Both the position numbers and the translations under genes were made by a program. This document shows, one piece after another, positions 45,101 through 54,194 of a stretch of 64,000 bases of DNA. Below the pieces are notes generated by a model. The model worked only from the letters and a program-made list of their open reading frames with translations, did not search any database and was not told the DNA's origin. The DNA comes from a virus. How positions within the stretch are numbered: position 1 is the stretch's first letter; every line of letters starts with the position of its first letter. The stretch lies in the IMG/VR virus record IMGVR_UViG_3300049582_000032, positions 37,661 through 101,660 of that record; one strand, written 5' to 3'.

Positions 45101-48100
45101 GTTGATTGATCCCCGCACTGTAATCACCAAATTGTTCCGCGATGACCTCTTCGATAATAGCATCTTCCGTCAAACTCTCGCCAGCATAACGATCCCGCAC
45201 ATCGGCCAAGGCCCGCTTGTCCGCCTTTGCCTTGTTCACGAGCGCTTGCCATTCTACCGGCTTGAACAATCCAAGACGTTTCATGACGTGGATTGTCTCG
45301 TGGCTCATCACCTGCCAGTAGTTATGATCGCCTTGCAGCGCAACTTCGATCAGGTTCCCGGTTGTCCTTCCAACAGCGACCGTGCTGTCATCAATCGCCT
45401 TCTTGCCCTCGATATCAGAGATTGCATCCGGAGTCGAAACCTCGATATCCGTCAGCCCCCTTCTATCAAGCCCTTCCCGAAGGGCGGCATTAACGGCATT
45501 GCGTTTCTCATCGTACTTCTTCGTTGTTGCCTTTTTCTTCGGTGCCTCTTCCGCACTTTCGATCTTTGTGGGCTTTGCTGGCTTCTCTACTCTATCAGGC
45601 GTTGGCTCCTGTCTCGCCTCAGGCTCTTTCCTGATCTTCGAGACAACTTTCTTAACCTCAGAGCGAGCCTTGCCAATTCTTCTGTAGCCCCATCCGCCAG
45701 TAACCTTTTCTGCCTCGAAAGGCCCTTCCTCCTTTGGGCGTTTCTTCCAGGCACGTTGCGCAAAAATGGCCTTGGCGAACGGTTCTCCGCTATCACTGAC
45801 GGTTACACCTTCGGGGATATTAAGCTCTTTGCGTCGCTTTGCAGCCCTGGCTGCTAAATCTTGCGTGACTTCCCTTTTATCGCTCTGTGCAGCATTGTCG
45901 CTTGCCCCAAGCCCACGGTCAGCATCGGGGCTGCCTTTGTCCTCAACATCTCCCCTGCTGCCGCTACGTTCTTCCTCGCTTCGGCCTTGTGGCTCTTTCC
46001 TTTGTCCGAAAAGAACTTCTTGATCTTTGCCATATCTTTTCTCCTGTTGTTGCTTGATAGCGTCTTGAATTTCCCTTGGGCTTCTTGCTGGATCTCCAAA
46101 CATGTTCGATCCAGGCTTTGTTTTCATCGCCTCTTCGACATAAGAACCAAAGGCTTCTCCCATTCTTTCCGCTGAGACAGGCTTGGTCCACTGCCGATTG
46201 TCCCGAAACATCAAGCTAAGAAAGCCCTCTGTTACAGGATCAATTGCCTCTCCAGTCAGCAGATCGCGTTGCTCAACGAACTCAGCGACGTTCCTGTTAT
46301 CAGTCCTTGCCCGACGAACGAGATTGACTGCATCGATGAGCTTTGATGTTTGGTCAACATCGGGGTTAATGCGGCCATCGGCAGCAGCCGCCCGCATCTT
46401 CGCCCACTGAGGAGCAACGCTCTGAATTGCCTTTGAGATAGAGAGTATCTGTGAATCGGTTGCCTCGACAAGAGACTCGACAAGCGCCGTATCTCCATAT
46501 GCCTTTGCAAGTATAGCGGCTTCTACGCGCCTTAAGCCCGCCTGATTGAGATCGCCTTTGGAACCAAACAGTTCTCCACGATCTTCGGCTGGTACGACAC
46601 GACTAATGAAGTCCCTGACAAATGCCCGGTTACGAACATTGGAAATCTCGCCGCCCTTGTACTGGTCTAGCATTCCCTCCGGCATAGACTCGATATCGAT
46701 AAAAGCTTGCTCTGTAGCAGACAATCTAAGCTTGGTGTCAACATTAGAGCCCCTGGCAAACCTCATGCGCTGTTCTGGAGATGTTTCCCCCTCGCGCACC
46801 CTCACGAGAACAGGACGCATCATCCCTTCTACAGGGTATCCACGTTCCTCAAGATACGCTCGGTATTCATCTGCCGTGCCAGAATCATATGCTTTCTTGA
46901 GAGCAAGAACTCTGCCATTTCCTGATTCGACAACATTGTCTCCACCAATAATCGGAGCGCCATCATCCGTCTTTGGAGACTGGTCAAGCCATTCCGGGTA
47001 GATACGTCTTGAAATGGCATCAATCTGCTGTGAAGACATGACACGTGAGCGGTCACGCGGTTGCAATTCTTGCGGATAGTCAGGATTTACCCTGCCTGCC
47101 ATATCCTGTGACGTAATCAGATCATCAGCTTCCACAACCTTGTACGTAACCGGAACCTTCGTTCCACGTGGAGTTCTCGCCGTTCCTCTTGCGACAACGC
47201 GGTCTGCTTGATCTGCTGGTGTAGGTTCTGGTGCAGTTGGCTTTGATGTTGCGGCCTCAATCTCGGATGGCGCAACGATCTCTGGATTGCTGCCGACAAT
47301 CTTCTCACGGACAAGCTGAGGAAGCTTTGACCACTCAATACCAGCATAGACCTGAGCACCCCTATTGGTCATGCCATCTGTAGAGTACCCGCTCCTCTTC
47401 AGGACGGATCGCCGGTTGGTCCCGTCAGCGTTATCCCACCATGATTTCAGGGCGTCTTCTTTGACCTTGGTTTCTTGCGCAATGGCTTCCTGTCGTTCTC
47501 CTCCTCGAACTCCCTCTGCCTCTGGCCTTTCTCTCGTTGCTTGAGCTTCTTGCCTTTGGGTTTCTGCGCCAACTACTTGCCCTTCCTCTGCCTCTCTTTG
47601 GACTTCTGTATCGCGTACTCTTGCTTGTATAGGGCCTGCTTGCCCTTGCCCGTATTCGGCTTGGTCCCCAGCACCTTGCCTTCTCTGGACACCAAGACCG
47701 CCTTGCTGCCTCTCTCGCGTATTGTCACTTTCCTCTACCCTTCCTTCTGTCCGATCTCGAATGAAGTCTGGCAAAACCGTCAATGACGGCATGGCTTGCT
47801 CAAAGCTCTTCGTGATGAGTTCGCCATCTCTCGTCAGTATCTCAACGTGGCCATCCGTCGCATCGTTGATGGTGCCATCAATGGTGTCGCCGTTGTCGTC
47901 TTGAAGAGAAATGTAGGTGCCTACATTCGGTAGCCCAGCCTTCTCCAATGCGGTGTTGGCCTTGCCCGTACCAACAGCATCGGCCATGACCTCACGGCCT
48001 CTTGCTATGTGTTCCGTCTGTATCGGTGAAGCCTGATCCTCTGGCGTTACGCTGGGGGCTGAAGATTGCTCTTTGGCTCGCTCTCCTACAACCGGGTCAG

Positions 48101-49706
48101 GCGTCCAAGGCGTTCCAGGCTCCCATCCTGGCTCAACTTCCCTGATCGCGTCAGACGCAAAGCCGTGAAGATTACCGCTGCCATCCCTAAAGATACGGCC
48201 ACCGCCAGGATCAGCCGGCCCTTCGATACCTCTGAAAATCTTACCATCGGTTGTCTCTACCGTTACCTTCTGCCATTGACCTTCCAATGAAAGCCAATCT
48301 TTCAGGGTGTTCTCAGCGTCAGCCTCTGTCGTTATCCGCTTCCACCCTTCTTCAATGACTCCATCATCGTCGGGATAGAATGTGCTCGCAACCCCTTCTC
48401 TATCAACGACTCTACGTCCGCCATCAGGGAATCGTTCCGTCTCGGTTCCGTGCCATGGATCTTGTCCTGGGAGAGTAACTGTAACAGGTTTTCCCTCCAC
48501 TTTTGTCGCGCCTTGATCCGCCGCCTCAGCCGGTGTTTTCGCTGGAGTCTTTGCTTCATCTCCTGGCTTTTCAGATCCCTTGCGAGCACTCTCTTCCTCC
48601 CTCAGTTTCAACTCTTCCGCTGCGAGTTCCTTTTGCACGTCCTGTAGTGCTGGAGGCTCACTTGTTCTTCCGCCGACACCTCTTCCACGTGTAGCGGCAA
48701 GAACGGCTGCACGAACCGACATTCCGGCTGCACCACCAAGAACGCCTTCGTAGATCGTTCCGTCAAATATCCCGCGATCCTTGTTGTATTGTTGCTCGAT
48801 AGCGTTTTGCGCCATCTGCTGTACAGCCTCGACAACGCCTTCCCCGACACCGGACTTGAGGATATCCGCTCCATGCTTCAGAAGCGCTTTGCGGGCATGC
48901 GGCGGTATCTTGCGAAGGATGTATTCCGTGGAGAGCGTTCCAAGCGCCCCCGGTCCTGCCCCCTGTACTGCGAACTTGGCGGCTTCCTCGCCTTCAAGAC
49001 CTGCTTCCTTGGCCCTTGTCAGTTGCTCATCGATCCCCTGCAATGCGCTCGCGGACAAGACGCCAGGAGTTCCGAGAACAAGACCTTGAGCAACAGATCC
49101 AGCCGTAGAACCGATTGCACTAGCGATATCAAGAGCAAAACCGACTTTTCCCTCTTCGTATCCTGGGGTGCGCTTAAGTCCTTCCTCGACAGTTTTCTCT
49201 ATGGCAGCACCGGCCTTGTATGCCGCCCGTTCTTCTAGTGGCTTTGGCTTCACGGCCTCGAACTGCTGCAAGAGCTTATCCGGGTCTGTAACGCCTGCCT
49301 TGGCATTGTTGATTGCGATATCGAGTGCGGCTTTTTGCTCCTTGTTCAAGCCGTAAATCCAGCTTTCCCTGTATCCCTCCAGTTCCGCAATTCCCTCATC
49401 GCGCGTAGAAGGATCTTTGAGCTTGGCAGCAACATCCCGCATCATGGGATAGAGGAGCGTCTTGTTGGCCTGCACTTGATTGGAATACTGGAGAGCGCCA
49501 AGGCCCTTAAGCGGAGACGCGACCGCAGCTTTCGTCCCGGCCTTCGCAATCTCCTTCCCGGCTTCTCTTGCAAACCCTCCTACTGTCGGAACCTCACCAA
49601 CGTACCGAAGGCCCTCGATAGGAGACGCGGGGGCAGTAGAAACCTTGGGTGCTGGTCCTACATGCCTAAGACCCGGTATGAGCGGGATATCGACTTCTGT
49701 TGCCAT
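42135..49706 (-). CDS. Giant polyvalent internal virion (ejection) protein: DdrB-ParB-like, zincin metallopeptidase and PLxRFG-type domains
   Basis: VVEADDL...PQELQPRDR...GAPIIG..NVVESGNGR; HETIH...EEVIAE; GYIPFSRFG; last gene of the ejection cluster. Confidence 0.8.
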   Translation of the reverse strand: MATEVDIPLIPGLRHVGPAPKVSTAPASPIEGLRYVGEVPTVGGFAREAGKEIAKAGTKAAVASPLKGLGALQYSNQVQANKTLLYPMMRDVAAKLKDPSTRDEGIAELEGYRESWIYGLNKEQKAALDIAINNAKAGVTDPDKLLQQFEAVKPKPLEERAAYKAGAAIEKTVEEGLKRTPGYEEGKVGFALDIASAIGSTAGSVAQGLVLGTPGVLSASALQGIDEQLTRAKEAGLEGEEAAKFAVQGAGPGALGTLSTEYILRKIPPHARKALLKHGADILKSGVGEGVVEAVQQMAQNAIEQQYNKDRGIFDGTIYEGVLGGAAGMSVRAAVLAATRGRGVGGRTSEPPALQDVQKELAAEELKLREEESARKGSEKPGDEAKTPAKTPAEAADQGATKVEGKPVTVTLPGQDPWHGTETERFPDGGRRVVDREGVASTFYPDDDGVIEEGWKRITTEADAENTLKDWLSLEGQWQKVTVETTDGKIFRGIEGPADPGGGRIFRDGSGNLHGFASDAIREVEPGWEPGTPWTPDPVVGERAKEQSSAPSVTPEDQASPIQTEHIARGREVMADAVGTGKANTALEKAGLPNVGTYISLQDDNGDTIDGTINDATDGHVEILTRDGELITKSFEQAMPSLTVLPDFIRDRTEGRVEESDNTRERQQGGLGVQRRQGAGDQAEYGQGQAGPIQARVRDTEVQREAEEGQVVGAETQRQEAQATRERPEAEGVRGGERQEAIAQETKVKEDALKSWWDNADGTNRRSVLKRSGYSTDGMTNRGAQVYAGIEWSKLPQLVREKIVGSNPEIVAPSEIEAATSKPTAPEPTPADQADRVVARGTARTPRGTKVPVTYKVVEADDLITSQDMAGRVNPDYPQELQPRDRSRVMSSQQIDAISRRIYPEWLDQSPKTDDGAPIIGGDNVVESGNGRVLALKKAYDSGTADEYRAYLEERGYPVEGMMRPVLVRVREGETSPEQRMRFARGSNVDTKLRLSATEQAFIDIESMPEGMLDQYKGGEISNVRNRAFVRDFISRVVPAEDRGELFGSKGDLNQAGLRRVEAAILAKAYGDTALVESLVEATDSQILSISKAIQSVAPQWAKMRAAAADGRINPDVDQTSKLIDAVNLVRRARTDNRNVAEFVEQRDLLTGEAIDPVTEGFLSLMFRDNRQWTKPVSAERMGEAFGSYVEEAMKTKPGSNMFGDPARSPREIQDAIKQQQEKRYGKDQEVLFGQRKEPQGRSEEERSGSRGDVEDKGSPDADRGLGASDNAAQSDKREVTQDLAARAAKRRKELNIPEGVTVSDSGEPFAKAIFAQRAWKKRPKEEGPFEAEKVTGGWGYRRIGKARSEVKKVVSKIRKEPEARQEPTPDRVEKPAKPTKIESAEEAPKKKATTKKYDEKRNAVNAALREGLDRRGLTDIEVSTPDAISDIEGKKAIDDSTVAVGRTTGNLIEVALQGDHNYWQVMSHETIHVMKRLGLFKPVEWQALVNKAKADKRALADVRDRYAGESLTEDAIIEEVIAEQFGDYSAGINQPTGIFAKIYQKIKDFLSALDSALRGNGFMSASDVYAGIESGEIGSRPRDTEAQRERSETLIGQALGQLKDSSGGKALETKFARVSRGDFQFTHDMGLLRFWTISPRTVAAFSRSFARVYTAAKKQFATRDKTISELGKEYTEYRELSSSRKEKVNKVLELGRLTQRVFQASQNGTITVTAAQDTGLMKAGETVTLDAGEVAAYRSVRSMMDLAMDKYRDQIVRDFGLDPAVVNTPAQVMALVVPGTPRGQAKKLRTLAALLNDIRQAKRTGYIPFSRFGNMVVVAEQVDPATGQKTTLHSEVFEVKGVRGAWKRYRGLPEIAAKERELEQKYPGADIRTFQVASNEDNRKIGERDVLAELTQLQGPDLENKVQELFAEAQSKGFRKHFLGAKNIPGYSTDIEKAIADYVMSFSGFFARRQHHADWENAIKQIPKNKPRELRYANDYRDYVNNPQEEFAALRQTGFIMFLAGNFSNAVANLTQVPLISGPYLSLFSNPARVEFELARAYKDVALMFGNGKEIFNPNKAPRDVRNALKQAWDEGEFVPLAMHDIVGVAYNTKSSSSKISEAARGFVDGMAIPQTLSERANRLVTFIAAYRIAKRDPNFESKAKDILRDQQLAQEVLFTPTALGTDFALQYAKFIVDETQYDAGKINRAKIMRKMGAAFLQFKPFILNTLELHYKTAVLHKKGFSTWAMMMFALLGAGGLRGLPASDDAMWALELFWKWWSGIDEDLKANIRKDVDEFTGSPFAAEMVLHGPVRALGIDMSDRIGMGKIVPRTMEEAGGIPVSLAWGRGLEFLGAYRDDRAAGMAMALMPLIARNIAQSWLWRKEGVRTQRGDPVMGQEEISDLDAAVKSLGFNPRTVAERREMEWAQARAGKATQEAKSRYYRKLAKLKIEAAEAANAGDDEKFKELIDKYQETISEIQAHNDKVLEKKRYHQLIIIDKKALKRKMQEEIVGRGPVREKYVPKVARPRQQELREIYGATP

Positions 49707-49715
49707 CCATCCCTG

Positions 49716-50720
49716 CTATTTCTTGCCCTCGACTTGGAACAACTGACCTCGGAATACAACCCACGAACCTGGAGAAGCATTCTTCACAGCCCACTCGGCC
49801 TGCTCTTCTGTTTCCGCCATATAGGGGCTTGCCTTGTTTCCCTGCCCCCTTGGAGGCTCAAAGCCTGTCGTATCATCGCCCTTCGTGGAAGTTGCTGGAG
49901 CGTCAAGAACTCCTGGTTGCTCAACTTCCGCCACGCTTTCCTGAGGGCTTTCCTCTGCCGGGCGTGCACCACGGCTTCCAGGAACGTCGATACCGAACTG
50001 ATCCGCAAGACGCTTCTTGGCGGCTTCCTTCTTGTCAAGCATTTCCTGTGTCGGGCTTAGCCGGAAGACTTCTCCGGGATCAACTTCATCCCACGCCATA
50101 TCGTCAAGCTTTGATACATCGGACAGTGAGACCTTCTTTTCTGGACCGTCTCTTCCAAGGAATTCTGCAACCTGAGCATCAGTTGCGTCTTTCCCGTACT
50201 TTGCAACAGCCTTGAACCTCGCCAGCTTCAACGCTGTCGGTTCCTTGTCTCCACCAGACGTTCCACCTTTTGCCCTCATCTCCCTGACATACGCAGAAAC
50301 CTCTGCATCGGTTGCGTCACGGCCAAGTTCTCCTTTCAGTACCTGCCGTGCCTCATTGATCAGAGCCGTTGCCTTGACTCCACCTCCTCCAGACCCCTTA
50401 CCACCTCCCCCTTTCGGCCTAAGACTGGCTGACAGTCTCAACCTCCTCTCGTGAGAAGCCTCTTGCAAGCCCAGCTTCTCTTTCTCCCACTCTCTTTCCT
50501 CTCCAACCAACTCTCTTTTAAACTCTCTTTCTTTCTCAGCCTCTCCAGACCTGAACGCCCTGTCTTCCGCAGTAAGTTGTGCTTCCCTTTGAGCTTTTAG
50601 TTGGTCCATATAGGCTTCGCGTTTGGCCATGATGTCATGCATCGCCCCCTTGGCGTAGCCTTCCATAGCCCCGCCAGCAAGGATACCCAAAGCCTGTGCG
50701 ACGTTACTGAGACCGACCAT
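49716..50720 (-). CDS. Putative DNA ejection/internal virion protein
   Basis: Gly/Ala N-terminus, coiled coil, repeated DATDA(E/Q)V motif; position. Confidence 0.6.
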   Translation of the reverse strand: MVGLSNVAQALGILAGGAMEGYAKGAMHDIMAKREAYMDQLKAQREAQLTAEDRAFRSGEAEKEREFKRELVGEEREWEKEKLGLQEASHERRLRLSASLRPKGGGGKGSGGGGVKATALINEARQVLKGELGRDATDAEVSAYVREMRAKGGTSGGDKEPTALKLARFKAVAKYGKDATDAQVAEFLGRDGPEKKVSLSDVSKLDDMAWDEVDPGEVFRLSPTQEMLDKKEAAKKRLADQFGIDVPGSRGARPAEESPQESVAEVEQPGVLDAPATSTKGDDTTGFEPPRGQGNKASPYMAETEEQAEWAVKNASPGSWVVFRGQLFQVEGKK

Positions 50721-51422
50721 CTAGACTCTCCTGAGGCCCGGAGGAGGAGTGTTTTGTACCACCTGTCTTGGCTCCGGTTGCGATGTCGTAACGCCGGATT
50801 TGTCTGCACGGCTTGCGACTTCCGAAATTCCAGGCAGAAGTTCATCTATCCTGCCCTCCTTCTCGGCTTGCATCATCGCGTCCATGTCTGCCTTGTAGGC
50901 TTCCTGATTGCCGCCATGCTCTGACACGTACATAGACATTCCGACCTGGAGTGCTTTCCCCATTTCGTCTTCCGAGTATGCCTTGATGCCAGCGTTTTCC
51001 GAAAGCTCAGCAAGATCCTGCACAACCTCGGTTCCGGCGTGCATAAGAACGTCTGGTGGAATAGGCTTTCCTGCTGCCTCTGCTGACTGAGCCAACTGAC
51101 TAACGACCGTGCTGGCAGCCGTTCCAAGTGCCATGACCGGATCTTCAATGCCGCTCAGCATTCCCTTGACATCATCGATCAATGGTGGCTCGCCTTTCGG
51201 ACCACCTTGCGTTCCGGTGTCGTACATGATGCGGTAGTAGTTCTCCATGAACTTGCCGTACATAGCCTGTTCTTCCGGAGAGACGTTTGTTTCCTGCTCA
51301 TCCTGAAACTGTGGCTCTTCTTGCGCAGCAGCTTCCGACAGGCCAGGAGCGGCCATCGGGTCCATCTGCTTATTCCTGTTCCTGTTGCGTTGTCTGTTGC
51401 GCTTTCTGGCCATCAAGCCCAC
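50721..51422 (-). CDS. Putative internal virion protein
   Basis: Within the ejection operon. Confidence 0.55.
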   Translation of the reverse strand: MGLMARKRNRQRNRNRNKQMDPMAAPGLSEAAAQEEPQFQDEQETNVSPEEQAMYGKFMENYYRIMYDTGTQGGPKGEPPLIDDVKGMLSGIEDPVMALGTAASTVVSQLAQSAEAAGKPIPPDVLMHAGTEVVQDLAELSENAGIKAYSEDEMGKALQVGMSMYVSEHGGNQEAYKADMDAMMQAEKEGRIDELLPGISEVASRADKSGVTTSQPEPRQVVQNTPPPGLRRV

Positions 51423-52303
51423 CGTTTCACTATGCGGCCCGCCGCGTCATCGTAAACATATCTCTCGACTGGAGGACGGGTAACAACAGGGAACGAAACG
51501 CTTGGCTGTGGATTGCCGTAGTTCGCCGCCGTTCTCCTAGCCCTTGCTTCCTCGATAGCGAGCCCTGGGTTATCGTCGCCTTCCTTCTTGAACAGAGCGC
51601 CCATTGCTGGACCGATCTGTGGACCGATTGCCCCGATCATTGCAACACGCTCCATCTCCGTGAGCCCGCCCCGTAGTGCTGGCTGAGCGGCACCAAATCC
51701 TTGAGCGGCCATTTGAGAAGATGGCAGAGCGTATGTTGCGTTCGTAACACCCTGTGCCGCCTGGGACTGCATTGCGCCGGCAGGAAGAGCGGCACCGAGA
51801 CCTTGCGCGGACGACATCGGGCCTGACACCTGACCTGGAAGATCAGCGCCATACCCACGCATGGCGGCTGTTGACTGAGAGAGACCTTGTGGGCCTGTAC
51901 CTGGAGCGGCACCTCCAGCAGGCATTCCAGACGCGGAAGCTTGTGAAGCAACAGAAGCGCCAGTAGCGGGGGCCATCAAGCCAGTCAGTGCGCCAGCGGC
52001 ACCACCCAACGCTTGTCCCATGAGAGAGCCGCTTATGGCACCCTTCATGCCACCTGTCACGCCACCCAAGGCGGCACCTGCTATTCCTGAGTAGCCGGCG
52101 TATGTTACCGCCTTTCCCAAGACTCCGTTGCCAAGGACTCTCCCAACGGTCCCGGAGAACCCTCCTGCGAAAAAGGGAATGCCAGCCATTCCACCAACGG
52201 TTGCAACGACGGCGGCAATAGGCAGTGCGAAGGGGGCGACCTTCTTGACGAACTTGCCGACGCCCTTGAAGACCTTCTTCACGCCCTTGAGAAGCCCGGA
52301 CAT
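51413..52303 (-). CDS. Putative ejection protein with membrane-inserting Gly/Ala helices
   Basis: LLKGVKKVFKGVGKFVKKVAP followed by glycine-zipper segments. Confidence 0.65.
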   Translation of the reverse strand: MSGLLKGVKKVFKGVGKFVKKVAPFALPIAAVVATVGGMAGIPFFAGGFSGTVGRVLGNGVLGKAVTYAGYSGIAGAALGGVTGGMKGAISGSLMGQALGGAAGALTGLMAPATGASVASQASASGMPAGGAAPGTGPQGLSQSTAAMRGYGADLPGQVSGPMSSAQGLGAALPAGAMQSQAAQGVTNATYALPSSQMAAQGFGAAQPALRGGLTEMERVAMIGAIGPQIGPAMGALFKKEGDDNPGLAIEEARARRTAANYGNPQPSVSFPVVTRPPVERYVYDDAAGRIVKRWA

Positions 52304-52304
52304 C

Positions 52305-52787
52305 TCAGAAATTCTCCGGTCTAAACTTGTTTAGCATAACACCGCACTCATTATACCCAAATCTTCTGTAAATCACAGCCAGTCTTTTCGGATCGCCAAT
52401 AATATCGGTAATTCCAAGATCAATCCTTTTGACCCGCTTGTGTGACCACGCCCATTCCTCGAATGACTTCAAAAGCATACGAAAAGCAACAGGGTCGTTA
52501 TACGCTCTGGCGATATAGAAGAACAGATCCGTCGCCCTGAAATCCTTTGCGACATGGTAAATTCTCTCCATAACACCAATAATCAAACCCTGTACTCCGT
52601 CATCGTCCCATACATAGAGGCAGGTACCGCCTTCTCCTCTAACGCTCGTTCTTTGGAGGGTAGCAAAGAGAAGTTGGCTGATTGCGCCACTCTCAATCGG
52701 ATAATCCTTGTAGTTCCCAATCCTGTGAGCCTCTTCAAGAAGAGAAGCCATGATTGGGACATCCCTATACTCAGCCTCTCTTACCAA
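52305..52787 (-). CDS. GNAT-family acetyltransferase (podovirus ejection cluster)
   Basis: VREAEYRD, LLKSFEEWA and IYRRFGY. Confidence 0.75.
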   Translation of the reverse strand: MVREAEYRDVPIMASLLEEAHRIGNYKDYPIESGAISQLLFATLQRTSVRGEGGTCLYVWDDDGVQGLIIGVMERIYHVAKDFRATDLFFYIARAYNDPVAFRMLLKSFEEWAWSHKRVKRIDLGITDIIGDPKRLAVIYRRFGYNECGVMLNKFRPENF

Positions 52788-53434
52788 GCCACACCTCCAG
52801 CCCTCATCATGGAGGCGATTACGTTGCTTTGATGATCACGAGCCTGTGAAGCAAGCGTGATGTAGTAGTTCCTGGCGTCCGCTGGTAACTCAGGGTTTGC
52901 TGTGATCTGGCTTATGGCCGAGTTCCAAGCTGTATTTGCATTGGAAAGAGCGTTTAAAGCGCGTTCACGATCAGCCGCAGTGAGATCCATTGCGGCAAAC
53001 CTCTCTTGCATGGATCTTTGCAACGCTGACTGCTGCCCCTGGAATGCCTGTTCACGGCTTATAACCTCATGCGTCTTCAGCCGATCCCAATAGGCCGCTT
53101 GCTCCTGTGCCGTAAGTTGCTGCTGCCTGTCCAGTGCCGCTTGCGTAGCTGCGTGTTCGAACCCCCTTGTCTGAATTCCTGTTTCATGGCCGAACTGCGC
53201 CGTCTGCTGTTTGGCCTGATGAACCTGCTGGGCCTGCTGTGAGGCAATTGGGACTGCCGCATTGTACGCAGCCGCTTGGGCAGCCTTGATTCCCATTGTG
53301 CTCTGGCCAAGCCCCACCTGCTGAGCCTGCTGCAATCCTTGGGTGCGAGCCTGCTTCTGGAGTGGCGAATTGACCTCCATCATCCTTGTCAGGATTTGAT
53401 CTACATCGTCGCCATTCGGTGGAACGGTAGCCAT
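52781..53434 (-). CDS. Gln/Ala-rich internal virion (pilot-like) protein
   Basis: NSPL..QAR..GL...GL..S.M...A.......A.PIA.Q motif; coiled coil. Confidence 0.65.
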   Translation of the reverse strand: MATVPPNGDDVDQILTRMMEVNSPLQKQARTQGLQQAQQVGLGQSTMGIKAAQAAAYNAAVPIASQQAQQVHQAKQQTAQFGHETGIQTRGFEHAATQAALDRQQQLTAQEQAAYWDRLKTHEVISREQAFQGQQSALQRSMQERFAAMDLTAADRERALNALSNANTAWNSAISQITANPELPADARNYYITLASQARDHQSNVIASMMRAGGVAW

Positions 53435-53834
53435 CTTTATATACCGATCTGTCTACTGCGCGAGTTGAGCGAAAATGCCATGTGCACGCTATTGGCGAAA
53501 GTCGTCAAGTAAAAAATGCAAAACAACCTTCTAAATTGTTCTTTGTTATCATGGACTTGTAAAAAAGTTTGAATTTTTGTGTTGACTTTTGCAAAAAAAT
53601 CACGCATTCTCCCCGGCGAAGTCGAGCAACGCGAGACTGAGTGGCTTATCCCTTTAGTAGGTGACGTTCTTAGGGAAGTAGTTGTCTTGAAGACAAGAGA
53701 GTCACCAAAGGCCACAGGAAAGAGCGACCGAAGCGGACAGCGGAGGGGAGCGGATAGGGAAGAGAAAGGAAGTAGGTTAAGTGCTCTCCCTCTTAAGTAG
53801 GACTCCTCTCTCTGGCTAGAGTTCTGCCTTATCT
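53435..53834. other. 400-bp non-coding interruption of the virion operon with antisense promoter and pas/ssi-like motifs
   Basis: AT-rich 53510-53600; plus-strand TTGACT-N17-CATTCT (53582-53610); GAAGCGG at 53730; palindrome TTGTCTTGAAGACAA at 53682. Confidence 0.45.
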
Positions 53835-54194
53835 TCAAGACAAAATCTCCATCCTTCGTTGCTGGCCCACCGCTGTATCAAGGAAGCTCACAAGCAACTC
53901 GTCCTCCGGGTCGATCATCTCTCCAGCAGCTTCCCACGTAAGCCGTTGCTTAGCCGTCCATTGAAACCGGGTTGCCTCTACCGCATCCGCCTCTTCGTTG
54001 GTCAGACGTTCCACAATCGTTGCCTTCGATATGCGCCTTGGTGGAGATGACGGGTCCGCTGGCGCTGGCGTGTTTCCAGCGTACACCCAATCCATGTACT
54101 CAAGCCAATGCCTGCCATTGAGGTCTGGAGGTATGACAAGGCCGTCGCTGATCCTTATGACAGTCGGTTCCCCTTCCCTTAGAAGCTTGTACAT
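53835..54194 (-). CDS. Tail fibre assembly/chaperone protein
   Basis: VIRISDG..IPPD..GRHW.EY..WV.AGNTP.PAD; directly after the tail fibre. Confidence 0.75.
   Translation of the reverse strand: MYKLLREGEPTVIRISDGLVIPPDLNGRHWLEYMDWVYAGNTPAPADPSSPPRRISKATIVERLTNEEADAVEATRFQWTAKQRLTWEAAGEMIDPEDELLVSFLDTAVGQQRRMEILS

Noticed and set aside
53437-53838. 133-aa and 73-aa ORFs in the virion-operon gap
   Set aside because: No RBS or motifs, atypical composition; the region looks regulatory.
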